A DNA stretch of 64,000 bases, taken from Octopus sinensis (lineage: Eukaryota). Location: contig NW_021832231.1 of NCBI RefSeq assembly GCF_006345805.1, positions 372,001 through 436,000 of the forward strand. The letters run 5' to 3'. The notes beneath the pieces were generated by a model, which saw nothing but the letters and a program-made list of their open reading frames with translations, searched no databases and was not told the DNA's origin. This document shows, in pieces, positions 52,757 through 64,000 of this stretch; the stretch's first letter is position 1, and each line of letters starts with the position of its first letter. Both the position numbers and the translations under genes were made by a program.

Positions 52757-55244
52757 CAGAATACCACGAGATTGCAAATAAAATAGCGCGGGATTTATAA
52801 TTATTCAAAAATTTAATCAATTTGTGTAGTATTTATGAGTATGTTTAGTAGAAAATTAATATATTTTGAATAACTTTTATGTGTTTCTTTGATGTTTAAG
52901 GAATTGTACTGGTACCACAAACCGTGATAAAAATGTGGAAAATGACCGTCCTCTCCTTAATGGAGTTTCGATACTTATAATCAGTGTTCTTTGCTATAGT
53001 TTTGAATTTTTTGTAATTTACATCTCTACAATAAATCTAAACGGCGACTTCTTCTAAGGTAGTTTTAGTAGATTATAGTCTTTTTCTGCTTGTTTAATCA
53101 TTTATTGTAATTTTAATTAAAGCGTTTAATCAACGCCCGTAATTGCCTCAAAAAGATTGAAAGTGAAAGTCTTGGCGATATCCAGCTGGTATCGCAATAA
53201 AACTAGGGCAACAGTTTGCTATAAAATTCCATTAATCTAATTCAAATTATATTGAATTGACCTAACGAAAAGGGAAATCAGTGACAATCTGATCACAATT
53301 AATCGATTGAATAAATGGTTTTTTATGATTTTAAAAATGCCATTTTTGAAAATACTGGCCATTTTCTCAATGCGTCTTTTTAATAAAAAATATAAGTCAT
53401 TTTTAATTGTCTTCCTGTTTATGGGTCAACATAAAGAATATAAAAGACCTTACTTGTTGTATCAGAATTCCCAGAACTTGTCGTTAATACAGACGGAAAT
53501 CTATTTGCAGTATTCGTTGCAAATTTTTATGGTGGAATAAAAAATATTTGGTCAATCCACGCCGTAGTTCACGGAAACATTTGATTGGTCTTACTTTAGA
53601 TTTATAAATATTTATTGAAAGTATCAAATCAATCTTTTTTATTTTAAATTTCCGTCGAACATATTTAATGTAGCTTGAAAGTCACTCCTGCCTTCTTGAA
53701 GCTAACATTCAGCGTTTAAAAATAAGATATCTGTCTATAGAAAGGTTATTTGAAAAAGTTTCGTATCTTTTTCCATCAGAAACAAATTGTCGCAGTTGTG
53801 TAGAAGAGATTGTGAAATAATGTACAAGTCTCCGTTTTTTTCAGTTGTGCACAACTGGGTAGAACCCGAAAAATTAATTTTAGAATAAAGTATTTCATTG
53901 GTCTACATTTTAGTAGAAAACTGGTCGTTGACAACGCCCGATACATAGAACGACATTTCTAGTTTTCCTGGTAGGAAATATTAGCTTTCGTCGCAAGTAG
54001 AAAAATCTCCTGAATAAACCAGAATATTTGAATTTTTCCAATAAAAATATTTTCCCTGGGATATTTTGTGAATTCAGCAAGTTCCGCGGTCACAAAAAAG
54101 CAATCTCTACTTTGGAAAAATAATCAAAGAGGATAGAAACTTTAATTTTGACAATATATAAAAATATTTTATTTTGAACAGACTATATTTTAATTTCGAA
54201 CTCTTCAAAAGCGCAAAGATAAATAACAATAAGCAGCTTTTCAACAAATACTCAAATGAAAATTATGTCTTAGGAAGTAACCAAGAGCTATTAAAGGCAT
54301 TAAGAACAAGCGGTAATCGATATATTTCCCAGTTTGAGAAATCATCTCCCACCCCCATGTCTTCTCTGTCGGAAAAACCAATATTAAGAATATCACACGA
54401 AGAGGGGAGTTCAAATAACTCTTGTTTTTCCAAATATTTAATATTTGAAGGCGACTTTACAAAAAAAGCATATAAACAAATTCTGGTAGATTTTATTGGC
54501 CCATAACAATTCGTTTTCTTCAAAAATTCAACCAAAAAATGACGCACGTGATCTTCATGTTGTTCAGAATTGCACTGGTTGGGAATATTGTCACTTTCTG
54601 GGATCATCAAAGTCACACATCGCTTGGCCTGTTCTCTGCTGTCTCCAAAAACGAGGGATAACTTGGTTTATTCGAAATAAATTACTCTTTTAAGATCTCT
54701 AACAAGACACAGTTCTTCTAGAAATTGAAAAAATTCTGAGACTTGTAGCCAGTAGTTAATAAAGTGGAAATATAAGAACTGATTGGTCAAGCTCTGTGGT
54801 GATTATAGTTCAGATACCTCGATTTTGTATATTATTTCGTATAGTTCTACAAAGGTCAATGGAATATGTCCATATAGGTAGAGAATGTTCTGGAAAAGTG
54901 CGGATATTATTGGGATACGACTTGTAAAGGAGGAAAACGCACTCTTTATTGGTCCTACCAGAACAAAATCGTTCGATGTCATCCTATTTATTTGAAAGTA
55001 AATATTTTTGCCATCATAAAATTTGAAAATATTTCAAAATTATTTCATTTCTGAAAAATTACTCAACCACATTTATATTCCTCTTTTAACACACTTTTTT
55101 GTATAAAGAATAAAGTGAGCACAGATCTGGTGGATTTTTTATCATTTGAAATTTAAATTGTAAACATCGTTTACAAAAATCTGGCTTGTGATAGTTCCCA
55201 GTACTGTATACTTAAAATAACTATACATATAGGGTTTTTTGCCA

Positions 55245-55560
55245 AAGTGGGAATCACTTCCCAGGACCGTCTGAAGCAGGTCGAGGTCGAGAAATGCCAT
55301 AAATACAATCTATTGGCAGGGGAGTTGTCCAAGTGAAAATAATTCTACTGGTTTTGACTTAGACGGGTTTGTTTCCAAGTTTTTTAAGAAATACATTGAA
55401 AAGTTGGTTATCGAAGACGCAACTCAGTCTTATATACAGTCAGTTGTATTGAAGAAAACATTGGAGAGTATGATTGTTGAGCACAGGCATGGAATCAAAA
55501 TCACTGATGAGGAGATAAATCCTCTGAGGGAAAAAGATTCGTAACTAACTTGGAGACAGA
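55245..55560 (+). mobile_element. R4/Dong-like C-terminal endonuclease remnant
   Basis: KVGITSQDRLKQVEVEKCHKYNLLAGEL..DGFVSKFFKKY..SYIQSVVLKKTLE. Confidence 0.75.
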
Positions 55561-56039
55561 GGATTAAGGAGTGGTGTTGGTTACTTCCTCCTTTAAAAGG
55601 AGGAGATTAACCTCCAGCGGACAACGGTCTTGGGCTTTCGAAGTTAAAGCTCTGGAAACCCTATAAACTTAAATATTCCAGGGAGTGATAAAGAAAATGA
55701 AAAATCTTTCATAAACGCGGAAAGAGAGACGCAATGATTTCCAAGTCAGCCACGGGAATCATCATTGTTCGTATTATCAAAATATAGAAAGAAAACGAAA
55801 TTGTTTTTGTTTAATCAAAAACACATATTATTTGTTTGTACTTTTCCAATCTGAATGTAATTGTAAATATTTTGTTTATTTTTAACTGATTTAAAGTAGT
55901 CAATTTAAACCTAATCAATTTACTTTTTATCTGCTGAAAATTAATCTCCTCTTTTTACAGATGAACAAATCAAGAAATCTTCTTTATGTTCTCTTTTCAT
56001 ATCAATGACTACTCTTTTCCTCACGTTCCGTATTGTTTT

Positions 56040-56681
56040 CATAAGAACATCCAAACAGCAAAAGGAAGATTGCAACAAAACCTGGATCACCTAGTTGAGT
56101 GGTTTAACGTAAACCGGATGTCGATCAACACAGAAAAATCTGTCACAACTCTCTACTCCTCAGCCAAAAGACAATCGAAAACTTCAATCGAAGTTGTTGT
56201 GGAGGGAAGAGTATTACCTTTCAGCAAATGGCAAAAGATATTGGGATTAACTTATGACACGCACATGAACTTCTCTAAACATGTCACAAATGTGCTGAAC
56301 AAATGTGAAAAGAAAATCAACCTCCTGAAATGCCTAACTGGTCTATGGAAAATGGGAAATCACCCTATACTTAAAACACTCTACTCACAGTATATCGAAC
56401 CATGTATCTCATATGTTTGTGCCTCATGGGGGCCACTGATTTCAAATACAAACATCCGTAAAATCTCCGCAACCCAGAAAAGAGCTTTCACACTTACCGA
56501 AAGGTGGTATACAGGTGAAGCTATCAAACCACCAATCTCTTTCGAAACTCTCATTGAGAAGAATACAAAAGGGCATCAATGGTATAAAGAAACGATCCGC
56601 CCTCAACGATCTTGTGTGGGCTCAAGAGAGCAGCACAGAGCGAAGCTGAGAGCAATGATCAAATTCGTCGTGATCACCTAG
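56040..56681 (+). mobile_element. I/Jockey-like non-LTR RT C-terminal remnant
   Basis: LQQNLDHLVEWFNVNRMSINTEKS, KILGLTYD..NFSKHV and LY..YIEP.ISY...W. Confidence 0.75.
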
Positions 56682-57691
56682 TTAGTTTTTTCTTTTGGTT
56701 AACGGTGGTCTTTGGAATAAATTTTGATTTGATTTGAGGAATGACTTTTTTAAGTGAGAGACTACTGGTTGAATTCATCTCTTTTTCAGCGATTTTAATT
56801 CTATACTTGCGTATAAACATTTTACTAACCAGTTTTTCTTCAACACAAGTGATTCTGTCTGTTGTTCCGAGTTTCTACTTTATAGATAACTTACAAACAG
56901 AGTTGTTAAAAAAACTTGAAACTTAGCTGGAGGTTGTATTTGTGACATTTTTCAGCTTTTACTTGTTTCAGACGACCATGGCAAGTGATTCCTGCCTCGA
57001 TGAAAATAATTTATTTCTTATTTTCTATAGGCGAAATATCAGATTTATTACAATGCTGTCTGTAATTATAAAAGAATCGACGCTTTCTTTGTTTTATATT
57101 GCGTATTTAAAAGCGAAAAATATAGAAATTGTTGATACGTACAATTTCTTTGATTTAACTGTAGAATCCCTGATTTCCTAGGACAAAATGTAGACATTCT
57201 TTCAAGGGTTCACAAGAAATGTAATTTCCAATAAAAATGATTTTTATAATAAAACTTTTTCAATAAAATGAGTTTTTTCCCAGACGTTTAAGCATTTTTG
57301 TCCAAAATGTAAATAGAAATCTTATAGTAAAATCTTTTTTTAAATCAAGAAAGAAAACTAAGCTTTCTTTATTAGATAATCTATTTTTCAATGGTCCCAG
57401 TTATATTTGCACGGAATAGACGGTAGATACCCCATGAAGACCTGAAGGAATTTTATGCTAATATAAAAAATTTTGAATTATTATTTGAATTTTATCAAAT
57501 TAAACAGAAATATATGAATTTTAGACAAATTTAGAATAACTGGACTTTATTTCTTAGGAATTTTCCAAAAATAGTTGGAAAATTCCTAATTGTTATCATT
57601 ATTATCATACCTTAATTATTCTAACAAGGAAATGAAAATTACACTAATTTTACTAAAAATATAGCAAAGTTTGGTTCAAGCGCACAAGAAT

Positions 57692-58952
57692 TTAACGCAG
57701 CAGATTATGGAGCTCAGTCAAAATTGAGATCAAGGCTGACGATAAGTCGGAATCTGATGATATAAGCTCTGACAGTCGAAGTGCCAGTGCTCTTATAGAA
57801 GTTGTTAATGAAGCAAGTTGCTCACTGCAGTTGCAAGTGTGAGCCTGAATTGTATTAACTTCTGAAGACGGATTGGAAATTTGACCAAAATTTGGGTAAT
57901 TTCTATTGAACAAATTCCACATTTCATGAAGGTAAGAATGTGACTGCTGTGGCGTGATTTGTCTCATCATCTGTCTTTCTGGCGACATGAACTGAAATGG
58001 CATGGATGGAAATCCCGGATTACATTGCTGTTGGGCAGCGAAAGCCATTTGTTGATAGTAAAAAAACATTGCCATCGTGGGGTCAAATGGTAATGTTGGA
58101 ATGTTCATTGGAATTGTAGATGGGGTAGGTTGAGATTGAGGGACACTTTGGACTGTAATTGGTTGAGTCGGAGGCAAAATGGAAGCTTCACTTTTTTCAA
58201 CAAACTCAGGTTCGTTGAATGCCAGACGAAGAGAATTAAGCTGTTCTTCAGTAGTGACAACTTCGTCGTTAATTACTGGAGCAATTGTCTGAAAAAATAG
58301 AATAAGCAAAAATACAATTTCATTTACGGAAACGCTATCCACCATGTGCTTTAACTTGACTCTGATAGCATTATCCAAATTGTAGTAGTCCTCAATGTTC
58401 CCGTCATGTCTCGACTTGATATGCATTTTCAGAGTGCTCCCTTGACTTGATCGGTGTCCACACGCTCCGCAGTAATAAGGCTTCTCCCCTAAAAATGTAT
58501 TAAGTAGTATGCACTGTAAGTATTATGTTAAGAAATGACGAATTGACCTTAAGCATTGATAGTACATATGTAATTTAGCAATCGTGACTTACCTGTATGC
58601 ACTCTCATATGGACATATAGATTGCTGTAGTGGGAAGTCTTGTATTTGCAGAGAATGCATACAAATGCCTTCTTGTCACTTCGGGGTGAAAACACGTCTT
58701 CAGTTGTTTTTCCCAAGTCAAATACTCGCAGATTCTAGAAATTTTGAATATTTGTCAAACCTCTGTCTTATGCAAGTCTTCTTGTTCGTAGATATCTTTT
58801 TGTGGACCAAGATATTGCCTTTTTGCAGGATTTTCGTCAGCGACCATTTCTTTTAAAACGACCTTTGTACTATCGAAAGAGAGAGGTGGGTTATCAATGT
58901 CAGTTTCATCAGAAGAATGGTTGTATTGGGTCTCCGTATCAGATCCACTCAT
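57692..58952 (-). CDS. C2H2 zinc-finger transcription factor (2 fingers, Pro/Gln/Met-rich tail)
   Basis: [50 protein letters not shown]. Three GT-AG introns, one of about 100 nt. Confidence 0.9.
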
Positions 58953-61310
58953 TTTCACTATTATATTATGTACAAATAATTATAGATATATGATTTTGAT
59001 AAGCAAAAATATATCAAGATCGCAAATGACTTGTTTTAATATATATTTCGCACTAGTTTTCTTTTTATAAAAGTTTCGATGTTCAACGATACTCGTAAGC
59101 GAGCGCTACGTCATTTTAATAGAATTAAACTTTGATATCGAAACTTCGCAGTGCAGTCTGCATAACTAGTGAGTCTGTTAACATAATTTTCTTGATACAA
59201 GAGTGGTAACATAAGGCTACTTGCAAGTATTATATACGAGTGGCATAAACATGGATGCGGTTTAATAAGTACAATTATGACGCCATTTAAGAACTTAAGA
59301 AGCAAATAAGATTGTTTGAATTGCTGATTGAATAGTAATCATATTTAACCTTAAAACGCTTAATCGTGGTGTTCGAATAAAAGCTGTAATATATTTATAT
59401 AAGTTATGTGATGTCACAATGTGATAAGTTATAAGCAAACATTCGATTGATTCGAAATAGAAGACAAATAAAAGCATGACCGCTCGATTATTGATGTTAA
59501 TTATATATTGCATAATTCGCATTCAGGACAAATATATTTAAAGAACAAACTTACATTACTTGTTTAAATAGTCAAACACGCTCGCAATACTATTGTATAG
59601 TTTCATTGCCGTTCGTTTTTCTATCGGGAAGGAATCTTATGACAACTATAACAGCTTTGGATGTTCGGATCGTGAAATTGCCCACGTAATCGCAGTTAAT
59701 TTAGTCTAGATACAATTTTATAGCACATAACGGTCATTGAATTATTTTTCAACATCATAGATTGGGAATTTATATTTGTCCAATGAATTTTGACACATTA
59801 AAACAAATCGATTAAATTCAAAATAAATCCTGACCACATACTTATATTGTTCTTACTTTTCAAGTGTTAATCTAAATATTGCCAATCTGTTCGTAGAGGG
59901 AATATTTGGACAACTAATTTATTATAAAATCTGGTTTTGTGGTTGCCTTTTTTTGCTTTCTTTTAAAATTTATAAATATTTTTAATTATTTGAGTATCGT
60001 CAGAGATGACAGTGTTTATACGAAAAATGAATAATTGAATAAAAGCTTCCGCATTGATAGAACAGAGTGATGAAGTCATTAAAATATTCATTCTATTGAT
60101 TTATACATCTTCTATTGTTGAACTTTGCCGACTAGTTTCGAAAGATACAGAAGACAGGAAATAATGAAGATTATCAGGTTGAACAGTAAGTACTACTCTG
60201 ACTTTATTCTTATTAATCAATCCCAATTCACAAACTAGAATGTCGTATTTTTGAAATTTGAAATTTCTAATTGACATCACCGCCAAATAAATGCGCAAAG
60301 AGATCTATGCGTACGAACAAAAAATCTTATAAACGTAAAATTTTCTAAAATAATCAAATTAAAAAAGCCATACGCAAAGTGATTAAGTTTGACCTTTGAC
60401 TTCTGCGATAAAATGCTAAATTGGTACAATTTCTAATTAAAATTATCATTGATTTTTAATCATGAATGTAGTTTCTGTATACGTTGTAAGTAAAAAACAA
60501 CGATTTGACATAATTTTTACTTTTATAGACACTGAAAGTAAAAATTACAAATACAATACTAACATTTGAAAAACTTCTCATCAGTCTGCGAACACGCCCC
60601 AAGTGTCAATTTAACTAGCGTCTTTCGTCGTCCAAATCGGTGCAGAGATGGGCAAAGATTTTTAATTATACTATTTGAACAGTCATATTATTAAATAGTA
60701 TACCCCAAAATTTCTTGAAAATGGTCATACAATTTTGATGCATACACTATTTTAACAAAATAAACCTTCGTGAGATAATCATGCTAATTACTAAAAGCTG
60801 GGAAAACTTGATTCGGCTTTAATTTTGAACTGTTGAAATCATATTGAAAAGATTCGCGGTCCCATAACAATTGAAAATAGCGTTACATAAAAACTAATAA
60901 AAAATTTCGAGAAGAAAACATTAAATAAGTATAGCGAAGAATTCGTCGATAATATTTATAACCAAGATTTATAAAACAATTCAATCGAATTTTTTGCCAG
61001 TCGATCCGCTGCGCATTTTAACCTTTTTCACTTTCTCTATTAGTATAAATAAAATTTTATTTAAAAAAAAAAATTCAATCGAAACAATTCAGACTGTATA
61101 TCGACCGAAAGTCCCTCAATGAGACACCAGTATTCCCATAGATTTCTAGTGATTTTCTGCATGTGGTTTTCAATTTTTTCAATTAGATTTCGTCTAGAAG
61201 ATTATTTAAAATGTTTTAATTAATTGGAATTAATAATTATAGAGAAAATTGGTTGACATAAAACTAAATATTTACAGTTCAAATAAAAATATTAAATCAT
61301 TAATATTCAG

Positions 61311-61558
61311 AGAGGTGAGACACTTACTTAATGTTATTTAGAAAAAATAAATAAGTATACTCACAAATCTGAGGCACTTCTTTCAGCAAAAAGTTTTAAA
61401 TATTTTTTGACATAAAATAGTTTTGTTAATATTAAACATAATAACTGTCATTATATATTTGATATAATACCCAATGATTGTTTTATACTAGGGTTACATA
61501 TTTGATCCTCAAAAAATATTTTGAGTTCTCTTCGAGATTTGTGAGACGTATCACCTCT
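61311..61558. repeat. Decayed inverted-repeat (MITE-like) relic
   Basis: Three nested inverted pairs: 61311-61321/61548-61558, 61360-61370/61535-61545 and 61398-61410/61509-61521. Confidence 0.5.
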
Positions 61559-62613
61559 ATGTCATAACTTATATCAATATTTTTAATCTATGTGATATCT
61601 GAGCACATTGTTTATTAAATCTTATCAGCGATAATCAACTTGGTACACAAAGATATGTCAAAGTAAGAAAGAACAGGTACATTGTTAATCGTATATGAAC
61701 CAAAATAATTCTAAAAGTTGTCGTCCTTGTTGATTGATATAAAGAAACCATTTGATTCGGAGTTTTACAAAACTCCGGTTTGATTGTAAGCTTCATGTAA
61801 GAGCTTTTAACAAAGCCGAAAATAAGCCTAAATTTCAAACAGGGTATTGAGTTTATAAACGATAAATCTGAACGAATCCTTCGACAGTTTCTTGGAGACC
61901 TTAAACAGAAAACCATTGACTGTTTGAGAAGTAAAAAATCTACGTTTCATTTAAAAAAACACAAATTGTAACTATTATGGATTTTGTTTCTCAAAAGCAC
62001 AGCATTGGAAATACAAAAACAACTGCTGGAGAATCAAATTGTAAATTTGCTAGAGACTATTTAAAAAACCGTTATACTCAATTCAACAGTGTCTGAAAAA
62101 ACCGACGTAAATGTGGTCGAACTTTCAGGGTGGCCAATTAATGGAAACAACTCTCCTTCCACTGAAGGAATGCTTTATTTACTCAAAAATCGCTACTTTT
62201 TGGAATATGAAACAAATAAATATAATTACTGCAATTCAGTAAAGAAAGGTTCCAACCTTGTTACAGGTAAATTTTGAACTTTGCAATTTCCCAAATATGC
62301 CGAAGTTGACAGGAACAAAAAATGGTAAATTTGAGAAAGTTTACTGTATGCCCGTAAAATATTTGTTTTTATACAGGTATAATTGAAAAATCCAATGTAT
62401 TTTATTGAAGGAATTTCGTTACCTATAGCCAGAAGTAATTTGGCCTGTTTATTATCACTAATTCCCTTATAATTTTTTGATTCGGCTAAATAAATTATTT
62501 TAAGACAGATTTAAGAGGGCGTAGAATCTCAATCAAAGAAAATTTACAACAAAAAGTGCATAATTTTAAAAATGACTTAATTTTAACAGAATGTGGTGAT
62601 AATTAACATAGTT

Positions 62614-63090
62614 CCCTCCGGTCCTGGAGCCGTTTGGGTTAGACCGTGGTGACGGAAAACGTCCCGATGGGTCCACGCTATTCCCGTTCAAGGGGGACTC
62701 GCTCTCGTTTGGGACGTCACATGTGTCGACTCGTTTTCTCGTCATCTCCCATCGACTCTGCCTCCCCCCTGGCTCAGCTTCCGCACATGCCGAAACGAAA
62801 AAAATCGCAAAGTACGCCTCATTGGAAAACACCTGCCTTTTCGTCCTCCTGGCTTTCGAGACGAGTGGGATAATCGGCCCAAAAGCCCTGGAGTTCCTTT
62901 CAGAAATCGGTTTGATTATCTTAGGAAAAGTCACGCGAGACGTGAGTCTAACTGGCTTATTCAGCGTATTTCGCTCGCGATATTGCGCTGAAACTGCCAA
63001 TCTATTCGCTCGTCCTCTCAATCAAAAAATTAACATTGTGGATCACTTAACAAAGATTATAGTTTAATAAAATTGACACCCTCAAAAAAA
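62614..63090 (+). mobile_element. 5'-truncated CRE-like non-LTR insertion with poly(A) and a 13-bp TSD
   Basis: LEPFGLDRGDGKRPDGSTLFP, WDVTCVD, KKIAKY and FETSGIIGP; AATAAA followed by an A7 tail; TSD AATTAACATAGTT at 62601-62613 and 63091-63103. Confidence 0.9.
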
Positions 63091-64000
63091 AATTAACATA
63101 GTTTATAAAAGTACTCTTGAAGAAGAACGGTAAAACGATTTCGAAACGCACTCGGGAGACGAGAGAGGCTCCTTGCTTTCTCCAGAAAAAACAACTCTAT
63201 GGCTATTTGCGGCACAACCGATGTTACACTATTGAAATAAATAAAATTAATAAAATAAATGAAAAATTGGACCAAAAATGCTTTTTCTTTAAAAAAATTA
63301 ACTATTTAAACCACATGATACCACTACAATGATAGTTATTGTCCGGGGATATGACAAATTATCACATCATTTACAACAAATTAACATTTATTATTTAAAG
63401 TAGGTACACATAGACACTTATTGACAAGCATGAAAACCATGTTTGGGTCATGATAAACTTATTGAGTGAATTACAAAATTTTTTTGAGGTTAACCCACAA
63501 AAAAACGTTCTTAAAATTAGCTATAAAAAAACAAAAGTGTCTTAACATATGTAACATACTTAACAGATATTAATATGCTGATTATTTTCCAAAAATAAAT
63601 TGGTCAAACTATTTAGTATTATTAATTGATAATCTATTAGATACATTCAGTACACATGATTCACGTCATTTTTGACGCCTTTAATGTTTTTATTAAATAA
63701 ACTATTTTTTGTTAGAACCTATAATATAATTAAAAATTAAATTTTTATCATAAAATAGCAACAAATTTTTTTACAAAGTCCCCTTCCTACAGGAAAAAAT
63801 GAGTTATTAATTTTAATAATAATCGTATTTCTAGAGATCATTATAGGAATTTGCTAATCGTTATTTTGCCACATCGTAAATTTAAATGATTAACTTTATA
63901 ATAACCACATTAAGCTACGTGCTTAACGAGTATTACTAGTAGGTTTGTTTTTACTTTGCTCCAATACTAGTTATTTACAACATGAATCTAGTCCGGCCAT

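Noticed and set aside
63985-64000. 5S rRNA-like start (..CGGCCAT)
   Set aside because: Only a few matching bases at the window edge.

Overview
AT-rich eukaryotic nuclear DNA from a ciliated animal with extremely short introns (mostly 22-31 nt, a few of 36-140 nt), which is why the ORF track is fragmented. The intron sizes, IFT80, septin, PIWI and a short divergent 18S fit a dicyemid mesozoan best; this is inference, and an orthonectid or another compact-genome animal is not excluded. Manual splicing reconstructs about 15 host genes: DCTD, MRPL57, SRPK, IFT80, a Thr/Met-rich orphan, CCT3, TAF2, ANKRD53-like, an IP3 3-kinase, TCERG1, SEPT7-like, SLC44A, PIWI, a C2H2 zinc-finger gene and one hypothetical gene. 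Interspersed are a Helitron carrying a 17 x ~95 bp satellite, hAT, pogo/Tigger and Merlin DNA transposons, CRE-like, R4-like, RTE-like and I/Jockey-like non-LTR relics, and an orphan 3' half of 18S rDNA. The most notable signals are: (i) a permissive micro-intron splicing regime with at least 6 GC-AG introns, GAG acceptors and two candidate GT-TG introns; (ii) a Merlin transposase carrying five host-sized micro-introns; (iii) a PIWI lacking all three identifiable slicer residues; (iv) a septin with all three GTPase motifs degenerated; (v) GC-richer, G/T-skewed genes next to very AT-rich genes. No CRISPR array or tRNA was seen. All gene models and family calls come from reading the sequence and recalling homologs; no searches were run.
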